From positions 1,054,001-1,118,000 of the forward strand of contig OX597815.1 of NCBI GenBank assembly GCA_951406725.2: 64,000 bases of DNA. Reading direction: 5' to 3'. The notes beneath the pieces were generated by a model that searched no databases, was not told where the DNA came from, and was given only the letters and a program-made list of their open reading frames with translations. The position numbers and the translations under genes are program-made. Shown here in pieces: positions 26,759-38,460 of the stretch. How positions within the stretch are numbered: position 1 is the first letter of the stretch; every line of letters begins with the position of its first letter. This stretch comes from Octopus vulgaris (Eukaryota).

Positions 26759-26997
26759 AGGTGGCGAGCTGGCAGAATCGTTAGCGCGCCGGGCGAAATG
26801 CTTAGCGGTATTTCGTCTGCCGTTACGTTCTGAGTTCAAATTCCGCCGAGGTCGACTTTGCCTTTCATCCTTTCGGGGTCGATAAATAAAGTACCAGTTA
26901 CACACTGGGGTCGATGTAATCGACTTAATCCCTTTGTCTGGCTTTGTTTGTCCCCTCTATGTTTAGCCCCTTGTGGGTAGTGAAAAAAAAAAAAAAA
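26759..26997 (+). mobile_element. SINE family B, full length, young-looking, A-tail
   Basis: Close match to the 6521 copy. Confidence 0.92.
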
Positions 26998-27708
26998 CAT
27001 GTACATTTTTCAATTCCATTCATTTATTGTATGGATGTAAATACAACAGTTTGGGGTTATAAAAGCATGGAGACGTCTTCACTCTAACAGACAGCCGACC
27101 TTCTTTTCTACTGTTCAATGTCATCAGTGATAAGATAATGACCACCACTAAAACTTCTTTGTACACAACTCACTAATCGTGCAGGGTTATCACATCCATC
27201 CCCAGGAACCATGTTGGCCCTCATGAAGGTAAACAGAAGTTACAGAATTTCCGTTTTGGTGATATTTGCTGCTGTTGTTAAGCAACAAGACGTTTAAGGG
27301 TGATTAGGTGATGGTGGAGGGCTTAGGGGCAGGAGACCCCAGACCTTGGAAAAAAAGAAAAAACTTTGGTCATCTTGTTGTAGTCGAGGGCTCTTCGTTG
27401 ACGCCCAACACCACTGGGAGGTGACCCAAGAAGTCACTGGAAATGGAAATCTCCAGGTCCAAATTCTTGGACGGCTGCTGCTGCAGCTGGGTATATAGTC
27501 CACTGAAGTGTTGTACATGAGCTGTTGTGATTTTAGAAATGTTTAAAAATATCACTAGAAAACACAGCTAAGGTACCTGAGGACACGGCATGGTTGGAGA
27601 GGGAGTGGTGGACCTGTTAATGAATTTATGGGAGTTTACTGGTTGTTACTTTCAGAACAATTTAATTTCACTGTTAAACTGCATCTTCCCTTTAAACCCT
27701 TATAAAAT

Positions 27709-28101
27709 TTACATTATTTACATTTGACGGATATTTGTCCTCATCTCATTTGTTGTTAACACGTTTCAGCTGATCTACCCTCCAGCCTTCATCAGGTGTC
27801 TTGGGGAAATCTCTCATTCCTAAGATATTTTTCGTTATTATTATTATTTATTATTATTATTATTATTCAGGTTACTGCCTGGAATTGAACTCAGAATCTT
27901 GGGGTTCGATTCCAGGCAGTGACCTGAATAATAATAATAATGAAAAATACCTTAGGAATAAGAACTCAGGTTTGCAATTTCCCCAAGACATCTGATGAAG
28001 GCTGGAGAGTATATCAGCCAAAACAACAAACAAGATGAGGACAAATATCTGTTAAATGTAAATAATGTAAATAATTCCTCATCTCTTAAATATAGAACTG
28101 T
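27709..28101. mobile_element. Palindromic non-autonomous element with B-boxes and hammerhead-like cores (Penelope/retrozyme-like), 10-bp TSD CTTATAAAAT
   Basis: Arms ~27707-27893 and ~27900-28072 are inverted copies; hammerhead-like core in each arm (GAAAC intact only in the left arm); TSD at 27699-27708 and 28102-28111. Confidence 0.75.
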
Positions 28102-28859
28102 CTTATAAAATATAATATTATTTTCTTGGTATACTTAGCATCGTAAATTCACAGGATGCATATGTGTGTGTGTGTGTGTGTGTGTGTGTTTACAAGCAAC
28201 AAGACTACCTGTACCCAGGTATTCTAATGTCTGCTCATTAGCTGTGCGAGGTCAGATTTGATGTAAATATCAACATTAAAGTTCTCTACACAACTTCCTC
28301 TTCCAACCTTGCCCACCTCCACTAAATACCAACAATAACATTGTATTCCACAACCTCTGGCAATGTTTATCTTCTGACGTAGGAGCACAGCCATTTTTTG
28401 CTGCTCAAATCAAAACAATTGCCCCCCACACACACATACTGTAATAGAGAAAGTTCACCACACCCTCGAGTGTTTCACCCAGTTTCTGCTGATAATTACA
28501 ATTTACCAAATGAAAGAAAGGCTAGAACATCCACAGAAATGCACACACACACACACACATAAATGTGCACATGTGCACACGCACACACACACACACACAC
28601 ACATACACACGCAGAGCTCACCTGGATTCTCTTTACAGCCACTCTTCACCCCACAGACTTTGACCTTAAAAATCGAGTGATGGGTCTGAAATTTCCTAAA
28701 GTGAAGAAAGGCTCTGTACACGGTCAATCCTACTCGTTAAAGAACTTATGCATTTGTGTCCCATCCCTAAAAGAACCATTCCCCATCAATAGATGCAAAC
28801 AAAGTCACAAGTATTACATCAGTTTCCTTCCTCCTTTACAGATGTCTAAACAAAGACCC

Positions 28860-29380
28860 TCATCATCATCATTGTTCGACCGTGGTCGAGACAATGGAAT
28901 ATACTATGTTACGCCAGACTTTGCGGTCCATCATGGCATTACGGAGGTCCTGTTGCTGGATGCCTGTATCCCTGGAGATTACATCAGGGTAGCAGAGTGT
29001 GCGCCCTCTGGTATCGCGAGCAGATGGCTTCCAGAGGAGAAGAGTAGAAATTACCTCTTTTTCAGCTCTACAACAATGTCCAGCAAACTGGACTCTCCTA
29101 CCTTTCACAAGAGATGACACAGGTGGTAATTTCCCATATATTTGTACTTTGGTTGGATGGCGCTTTCACGAGAGATTTTGAGCTCTCATAAGGAGGCGAG
29201 TGTAGGTTCCATCCAACCGCCTCTCAAGCTTCTTTGATAACGTCCAGGTTTCTGAGCCATAGAGTAGAATTGGTTCAACTGTGGCTTTGAAGATTTTAAG
29301 TTTGAAGTCTCTACTTAGATTTGATGACAAGATCTTATGCATGTCATTACAGGCTGACCAGGCCATACCCTTTCTAGTTA
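28860..29380 (-). mobile_element. RTE-group LINE 3' end (second family)
   Basis: ILLYGSETWTL..LDGTYTRLL..RRVQFAGHCCR..AMMDRKVWR; (TGA)n tail. Confidence 0.85.
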
Positions 29381-29599
29381 GACCAGGGATCTCTCACTCC
29401 CAGCTATTCAATATGGCTGTCGACTCTATGGAGTTTATCTACCCTTTGACAAGTTTTGGTTTTCATCCTGTACAGTGTCCAACAAAAACCACCTTCCTTA
29501 CCAAGAAGGTTTAGTTGAGTTGCTAGTTCAATGACCAATGGGTCAACCATGCAACTGGTTCTGCTGGGTTACATGTCATCAGTAACACTAAAAGTGACC

Positions 29600-29900
29600 T
29601 CATGTGAATGACCATGGGGTTGCACCTAGAAAGTTCCTCTCCGAGGCACAAGTCCAGGCAAGGTTGTTTATGGAAGGCCAGCAGTCGCCCCTGCATACCA
29701 GCCTCCCCTCCCCACACCACTGATGTTACCCAAGGGAAAGGCAAAGGGGCCGATACAACTTGGCACCTGTGATGTCGCAACTCATTTCTACAGCTGAGTG
29801 AACTGGAGCAAGAACACTACACGCAGCCCGGTCCAGGAATTGAACCCACAACCTCATGATCATAAGCTCAATGCTGTAACCACTGAGCCATGTGCCTTCA
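29600..29900 (-). mobile_element. tRNA-headed SINE (C-related head, different body)
   Basis: GGCACATGGCTCAGTGGTTA..GGTTCAATTCCTGG head. Confidence 0.75.
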
Positions 29901-30329
29901 CTGACCTGACATAAGCATGTATAAATACATATACGCATGCATCCACACAAACGCCTCACTCCATCCATGCACATCTAGATACATACATGGTTACATGCAT
30001 GCCTGCTTAAATGCACACATTAATACCTACCCCCTACCCCCCATCATCGTAATCTTAGTGGAATCGGTCGTAAATGAGATTGTGTTTAGGACATTCAACC
30101 TCTAATTAAATGCAGAGCCAGGGGATGTCAAATCAACCAAGGAATTATTTTAATGTCGTATTTTACATACAATTGGTGCATTTAAACATAAATTCCTAAT
30201 GTAGTTCCAGTTGTAACCAGGTGTAGTGAATGGAATTTACCTGACAAACATCAACACCACACATTTTTGCTTTGATTCTTTGAGTCTACATTGGAAGCGC
30301 CAAGTAAAAGGCACCCATGCTGGGTCCAC

Positions 30330-30605
30330 CTATTACGCACTGGTGATGGTGCCATGTAAGAAGCATTCATACTGATGCCACGTCAAAATCTTCTGAGATG
30401 GCACCACACAGAAAGCAACCATGTCAGTGCCAAGTAAAAACACCCAACGCACACTGCAAAGAGACTGGCATTTGGAAGGGCATCCAGCCACAGAAACCAT
30501 GCCAAAACATACAATTGGAGCCCAGAGCAGCTTTCGGCTTTACCAGCTCCTCTCAAACCGTCCAACCCATGCCAGCATGAAAAAAGGGCATTAAATGATG
30601 ATGTT
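30330..30605 (+). mobile_element. Retroposon tail family D (diverged)
   Basis: GGAAGGGCATCCAGCC..CCAACCCATGCCAGCATG..(TGA)n. Confidence 0.7.
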
Positions 30606-30987
30606 GAGGAATAGCTCTCCCACCATCTTTTGATATAAATGTTTTACTCTATAAATAGCAGTGCTTCTGCAGTAAGTTTGGAGCTTATATTTGGTGTTAA
30701 TCCACCCTCTGTTTTCGAGTAGAAATATAAATGTAGAAATTAGCAAGATTGGGCCCCTGTGGGCAGCCCATGGATATGCCATCTTAAATGCACACACCCA
30801 TAAATGCTAAGAGAAATAATTCAGAGCAGAGAGTTTTATATATTTAAAGAAAAAAAGATTAATAAGGATTTATTTTTGAGTTATTGAGATTATCCCAGCT
30901 TCCATGGCCAGTGTCTTCTACTATAGCCTCAGGCCAACCAAAGCCTTGTGAGTGGATTTGGTAAACGGAAACTGAAAGAAGCCTGTC

Positions 30988-31021
<34 letters not shown>

Positions 31022-31885
31022 ATATAGGACATTAAACGATATATATACACACACACACAAACGCATATATTGATGCCTGTGTGTGTCAGCCACGTTCAAC
31101 GACAACTACTCGTCTACCTCCCTCCCACCGCCACCTCCTCAGTTTCCCTGTTGAGTTAATTGGATTAATGAGAGAGGAGCGGCAGCCGTTTGTGTTTACC
31201 AAAAGCCAATCAATCGACATCGTTATGACAGTTCCATGAGAAAGATAAATATTAAACAGATATTGATTGATTCAGATCAATATCTGTGCCAACACGACAA
31301 GCAACGCCACCACTCCTTCTCCTCCTCCTCTTCTTTATAAAAACGAAATTGTGTAGGAAAAAATCCAAATACTTTGGACTTCACACAAGGAGAAGATTTG
31401 CAGAAGATAAACTGCTGTGCTGTGATGTTCATGCGTTTCTGTCAGTCACTGACCAGTGGTAGGATGAAAAAGCAAGAAGTGGGAGATGAAAGTCATCATT
31501 ATGTTTAAGATGGAAGGGAGGGTGACTTGTGATAAAAAATCAATGAGGGAAAACTACATGGTTACAACACTTGCTAAAAATAACAGCCAAATCTATCCCT
31601 CAACACACACATATCATCGTTGAACGTCCATTTTCCATGCTGGCATGGGTTGGACAGTTTGACAGAAACTGACAAGAGAGAGGACTGTGCCAAGCTCCAA
31701 TGTCTGCTACAGCATGGTCTTTATGGCTGGATACTCTTTCTGATGTCAACCACAGGGTGCTTGATGGGGGATGGGGGGGATGGACACTCGTGAGTCACCA
31801 AGTAACTACTATAGGCACAAGGCCTGAAATTTGGGGGGAATTTCAGGCCTTGTGCCCATAGTAGAAATGATTACTAGCTATTACT

Positions 31886-32005
31886 ATCTTCCCACAAATT
31901 TTAAGACTTGGTACTTGCATGTTAAGATAATCAAACACTTAAGCACCAACCTCAAAATCCTAGCAGTCCCCAATAGAGCAGATTTTGGGGTATGCCCTAC
32001 CCTCA
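31886..32005 (-). mobile_element. Short R4/Dong-clade 3' fragment
   Basis: Minus strand encodes KSALLGTARILRLVL. Confidence 0.6.
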
Positions 32006-33363
32006 TTATTATTATGGAGTGAGAGAGCAGTTCATGCCACATATACGGAGCCTAATATACCCATCACAGCCATTGGTGCATGACACACTGATCTCGTATC
32101 AAGATAAACAGCGCATGACTTTGCAAGTGGGACCCCATTAGAATTTTCTTCAAAGAATTCATTATATATATATATATATTATTTCTGCAAAGAATCCCTC
32201 TCAACACATGGCTATGATGCTCCCCACACTACTTCTGCTTGTGATCAGAGATGCACATATCGTCAGCCACTAAGGGAGATGCTCAACTGGTTAAGGTCAA
32301 ACAAGTGACAAGCAAATCTGTGGTATTGAGCAGAACATTTGCTGTATCCCATCTTTTATACCAAGACAAAACAATGTACATGATAACACTTCCAATCAGT
32401 TAAGATCAGAAGCCATGAGAGCCACTGCCTGGTATTGCATCAGGGCATCTAACATTATCGTAAACACGCCGGGCAGAATGCTTAGCGGCCTTTCGTCCAT
32501 CCTTTCTTTCTGACCTAAAATTCAGCAGAGGTCGTCTTTGCCTTTCACTCTTTTGGGATCGGTGAAGTAAATACCAGTTACACACTGGGGTCGATTTAAT
32601 CGACTAGCCCCCTTCCCACAAAAATTTCAGGTCTTGTGCCTCACCATTATTATTCTCGTATCACCTGCATTAATAATTCAGTTTCACTGCTCCAAAACTT
32701 AACTGGTGGGAGGAAGGCCTCGCAAGGCCAATTCTGAAACCTGCAAATGTGAGAGACAAAGCGTCTCGACCAAATCGTTCTTAAACATGAAAGACTATAC
32801 GTGGTTACTTGATCTGCTAGAAATAGCAGTCAAATCTCAAATTACAACTTACTGAGTTAAAAAGCAAAAAAAAAAAAAAAGATATCAACTAAGATGATCA
32901 TAGACTGTAACTAAACAAATGTGATGGTCACGCCTGGAATACCTTTTTTTTTAAAGTCTGTTTGATCATAGATGAAGCGTGACTGGATATGAGCAGCAGA
33001 AATTGTTAATAACTAAAGCATGACTGATTATAATAAATACAAACTCAATCCGTCTTAATCTACTTAACAGATAATTGGAGTATTTATATCTTCCGGTTGT
33101 TTAAATGGAGAGGATAGGATTTGAAGGGTATTTGGCTGCTATTTCTAGCACACTGAACCATCAAGTAACAGGTATTACACACACACACATATATATACAT
33201 ACACACAATTCCTGTAGCATTGTAGATTTTGGCGGGTTTTTTGTAGTTCACTCTGAATACGAAATCTTTCCAAACAATTATTTCGATGATTAACAAAAAA
33301 AAGAAGAAAGACGGAAAACCTTTGTTACTATGATAGCTCCATACATGAACACATGCGTGTGTA

Positions 33364-33396
<33 letters not shown>

Positions 33397-33619
33397 ATGT
33401 ATAGAGAGAGAGGTGATATGTTCAGACACACATTTTCACACATGTAATGTGTGTTGATGAATTAATCATATTTAAAGAAATACAATTTTAATAACAGACA
33501 GGAAAAGATGACGGAAGATAGTTTAGTAATAGTTTAATAATAAGCAAGGAACAAAACAGAGACAGGTCGTCGACAAAGCGAAGTAAAACGCAAAGGCACT
33601 TGCATTTATGTTTGGGTGT

Positions 33620-33825
33620 GCAAGATGTAATCGACTTAATCCCTTTGTCTGTCCTTGTTTGTCCCCTCTGTGTTTAGCCCCTTTGTGGGCAGTAAAGAAA
33701 TAAATATATACTATACACAAAGTACCAGTTTCGCACTGGGGTCGATGTAATCGACTTAATCCCTTTGTCTGTCCTCGTTTGTCCCCTCTGTGTTTGGCCC
33801 TTTGTGGGCAGTAAAAGAAATAAAT
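33620..33825 (+). mobile_element. Two tandem family B SINE tails
   Basis: GATGTAATCGACTTAATCCCTTTGTCTGTCC..AAAGAAATAAATATATA occurs twice. Confidence 0.85.
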
Positions 33826-36085
33826 ATATATTATATACTAGAGACACACACAGTGGACAAATAGAAAAATGTTTGCTAACGAACATAATAGCGAAATGGA
33901 AAGAACATAATAATTACCAGGCATAATTCTTTGAGACTTAATTCTTCATGGAATATCTATACACATCGGCTGTCAATTAATTTTGGGAACTCTACGTGGT
34001 GGTGGTGGGCATCATCGCATGCGTACACATCCATACATTATACATGTATTATGTATTTCGTCTTCTGGTGGTGGCGAGGAGTGCTCGGGGAGAACTTAGT
34101 CTGGCTAACTGACGACTTTGTAAACTGTGAATGCATATATGCACTCATCCACACAAGCATGCGTGGAATTATTCATGCATATATGCACTCATAAACATAT
34201 ATATTTGCATATAAGCCTGCTTATACAATAATGTCGTAATATACGTACGCCTATCATATTCATTATATGTATATATTATACACGCATATTTAACATACAC
34301 ATATATAATATACACACACACACACACACACGTGTGTAGTTAACGTAGATATAACTCTGCCGTTTCTTCTCCTCCTACCTGTGTTCTACCTTGACATTTA
34401 AACGCGCGCAAATGCTACTCACGTTTATATACACAGATATATATACACATCCACACCAATAAAGTTTAAACACCTAACTTTTGTACTTTCATTGCATAAC
34501 CTCTCTCTCTCTCTCTCTCTCAATACATATATTACAGTTTATATATTATACTCGCGCGCGCGCGCCCACGGCCGCCCACGCATATTTCGCTGCCTTGTCG
34601 CTAAACATCAAAGAAATTCCAACAGGTGAACAGGAAAGTATTTTAATATTATTTCATTCTCATCTGAACCATTACAACCAACAGAGAAAAGCATTAACTT
34701 CACCACTTCACATCCTGCCCCATGCATAAATAAGCTTCGTAGATACAAGCTTTAATTATATTAATTTGCAGCAATTAACACAACGGCAATAGGTTCTGGG
34801 AAACGAATGAATGTCATCACTTCTTATAATCTTCCACTTCTAGTTCTGACATCCCTTGTCGAACTATGAAATAATTAACACAAGAAATAATTAAAGGTAA
34901 TTAATATACAAAGAAAGACAGTTGCAGGCTGGAGCCATTTCACTTCGTTTGCATCGAAATGAGAGGCATATAAGCCTCCACATCTCACTTTCCTCTCGCC
35001 TCCATACATCTGTACCTTGTATCGATGCAGTTAATCGATAATGGTTATAGTGAATGACGTATCCAATCACACGCAGAATGTTTTAGGTCAAAGATGCGAT
35101 TATTCACGGCAAACACAAAATCGAAGAATATAAATTGGGGGGAGAAACCTCGGAAGAAGATCCAAGAAGAAGACATGTGCTGCGGGAGGGGGGCGGGGAG
35201 ATTTTATAAAGTAAATTGCACAACTATAATACGAGAGAGAGAGGAAGAAGGTTGAGTAAAATAGATCTGGATATATATATAAGGGTTAAGTATATGGATA
35301 GGGAAATTCGATTATGTTGAACAATGAAATAAGTCTTAGGAACAATAGAGCTTTTTTTAAAAACAAAAACAATTCCTGGAAAACAAAAGGAAAAATATTG
35401 AGAAGGTGGAATCGAATGGAAACTGCTTCGGTTTGCATGTGATTCCGAAATAAAAGAGAAACAGTGGAGAAAATGTTTAAAGAACAACAATAACAGTAGC
35501 AGTGGCCATGGTGGGGGAGGAGCAGAAGAAGAGGAATTAAAAAAAATACAGGAAGAATTTCAGTCTGTGACGATGTTTTAATTGGAATTGAGATAGGAAG
35601 GAAGTAGCAGCGCCAAATATTTGGTTATTTGCGTGTTTTGTTTGTGGAGTGATTCAAAGATGTTTAGTTTTTGGTATTTATGGTGTTGTGTAGCAGGAAA
35701 GATGGTTCTGTAACGTTCATTCATTTCATTTAGAGAGTCCATGTCTTAGAGAAAGAATGTTTTGCAATAATTAACTTGCCCCACCCCACCTTTGTGCATC
35801 CAACAGTTTTCAACAGTTTTTAACTGGAATTGTTATTGTAAAAAAAAAAAAAACAGCTGTGTGTAAGAAAGATAGAGAGATATGGAGGTGGATTCGTGGG
35901 TTGGTATTTGGCTATAAATTAGAACAGAAAGAAGGGATTAAAGAGGAGGTCAGCCTGAAAGAACCAGTCAGGTATGACATATTGTAATGCGACCCAACCC
36001 GTACCCGTTTAACCTTGCCCACCACTGCAACCAACACCATTGTTACAAGAGGAAAGAAGAGAGACATTGAGCGTCGGTCACTTAC

Positions 36086-36263
36086 GGGTATTGGGTGTCT
36101 GACGTCGGTTGGGACTGTTTTTGACTGTTTGTTTACTCCTTTTGTCATCGTGTTGACACGATGGCGACGGTGAAGAGGTGGAAGACGACGAAGTGGACAC
36201 TTGGTGACTGTCACATCTCCCGCCGTCCGTTCTTACATCAGCCACAAACCCTGCAACACTCAT
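36086..36263 (-). CDS. Candidate first coding exon of an unidentified host gene (Ser/Thr/Pro-rich N-terminus)
   Basis: ATG at 36263, 59 open codons in non-repetitive GC-richer sequence, ends at a consensus donor C|GTAAGT (phase 1); no recognisable domain. Confidence 0.35.
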
Positions 36264-36274
36264 AACTGGCAGAG

Positions 36275-36950
36275 CGAGGGACTGAGTAAAGAGAGGGAGG
36301 AGTAGGAGTAGGAGGGAGAAAGTTGGCTGTAGTGGATGGAGGAGGAAGAGAGAGAGGGAGGAGGAGATGGCTGGAGAGAGGTAAATGGATCAGAGAGGGG
36401 AGGGAAAGACGGTGGACTATAGAGTATAGGGGAAGTGATTAGAGAGAGAGAGAGAGGACGACAGCGAGAGGAAAGCGATTAGTGATAGAGATAGATGAAG
36501 AGATAGATAGACAGATGGAGAGAGAGAGAGAGACAGGCAGACAGACAGATAAAGAGATAGATAGATAGATAGATAGATAGCACAGAGAGAGAGAGGAGAG
36601 ACACAAGAAAAATAGAATTGAGTGAGAGATGGAGTAAGAGAGAGAGAGTGGTCTATCAAAGGCGAGATTTGTTAAAAGACAGAGAGGAAGAAAGGGATGT
36701 TGGTTAAGGAATGATGAGGAAGAGAGAGAAAACAGATAGAGATATAGAAAGGAGGGAGGAGGAGGAGGAAAGGGGAGAAGAGGCATTTTAATGAGAGAGA
36801 GGGAGGAATAGAGAAGAAGGAGAGAGAGAGAGTTGATATAAGGACAACGAAAGGAAGAGAATGAGAGAGGAAAGAAGGAAGGAAAAAGAAAGAAAAGAAA
36901 GACTAAGAGAAAAATGAAGGACGGAAGAAAGACTAAGAGAAGAACAAGGT
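36275..36950. repeat. ~0.7-kb polypurine (GA-rich) tract
   Basis: Read directly. Confidence 0.9.
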
Positions 36951-37318
36951 GTAAAGAAGTGTTTCGGCTGCAACAAGCAATTATAATGTGGCGACCGCTT
37001 GTTTCAGCTCAGCTTAAAAGAGGAGAGATCTACGTGGTGGTGGTGGTGGCGGCGGTGGTCGTGGTGGTCGTGGTGGTCGTGACGATACCAATGATGATGA
37101 TGATGATGACGATGCTGTTAATATTAATAGCGTTAAGTGGTGGATATGTTGATTGAGATGGTGATACTGTTCGTGGTGGTGATGGTGAAGGCAGTAGAGA
37201 TGGTGTTGATGGTGGGGGATAATGCTTGTGGTAGTAGTAGTAGTAGTAGTAGTAGTGGTGATACTGTCCTTGATGGTGATGGTGATGGTGGAAGTGGCGG
37301 TAATGCTGTAATGGATTT

Positions 37319-37350
<32 letters not shown>

Positions 37351-37367
37351 TATTATCATCATCATCA

Positions 37368-38225
37368 TTGCCTTTGCACAGCTTCTAACGCCAGAGATGT
37401 ACTACAGTGTCAGCTGTTCGTCACCAGTGAACTAAGATAACAACTCTTATTTTTCGACCACCTTCCAGAGCATTCGAGTGGTTCCAAGCAGTGCTGTTTT
37501 CTGCAAGTGATCCACCCTTATTGCAGCCATTATTTGTTCCACATACTTCTCGAGATTTTTGCTCACTGTTCCCAGGGCTCCGACAATTATTGTTACTACT
37601 GCTACCTTTTTCATCGACCACAACTGCTTAACCTCCCAAGCTAACCTGTCATATCTCTCGACTTTTCTTTCTTCCTTATCGCATACCTTGTTGTCAGCTG
37701 GGCATGCTATGTCTATGATCCAGTATTGTTTGCTTTCTTTCTCAATTAAGACTATGTCTGGCTTCCTATTCTCAATCTTATGGTCACACTGAATCATAAA
37801 ATCCCATAAGATCTTTGCATTTCTACTTTCGACGATACCTTCAGGTTTGTGGTCGTACCAATTTCTTGCTCTGTCAAGTCCATACTTGTTGCAAAGTGTC
37901 CAATGGACAAACCTTGCTATATTGTCGTGGCGTCTCTTATATTCTTTCTGGGCTAGTGACGTACATTGGCTGGTAATATGCCATACGGTTTCACCGTTTT
38001 GCCCACAGATTCTGCACTTACCATTTTCTGCTGTGTTGTCTATTCTGTATTATATGTAGTTTGTTCTTAGTGCTTGCTCTTGGGCAGCACGAATTAGAGC
38101 CTCCGTTTCCGGTTTTAAATCACTTTTAGTCGTCCACAGACATCTTTTTTCTTCCTTGTCTTTTTGTCTAAGCTGTTTAGCTCGTCTACTGTCCATGCGA
38201 TTATCCCTGCTCCATATCTAAGGAG
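37368..38225 (-). mobile_element. R4/Dong-clade LINE 3' part with an internal deletion; (TGA)n tail
   Basis: YGAGIIAWTVDELNSLDKKTRK joined to ETEALIRAAQEQ, CRICG..HITSQC, RHD, RKPDIV, IDIACP, IVGALG, KTALLGT. Confidence 0.9.
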
Positions 38226-38460
38226 TGAATACACACACACAAACACTCCAAAAACACACATAGTTGAACAACCGTTGACTACGTTGTTCCTCCGCCCTTT
38301 AACAGGTCTTATTTTCTGTCCCGTAGTGTATTCAATAAGCACCCACCTCACCAAGCAAGTCTGGTGGGGTTGCCAGTTTAGTCGCCGACCACCCGACCAT
38401 GAAACAGGTTGTACTGGGCTACATGGTACCAGTAGCACTCGAGAGCGACCTGACATACTC

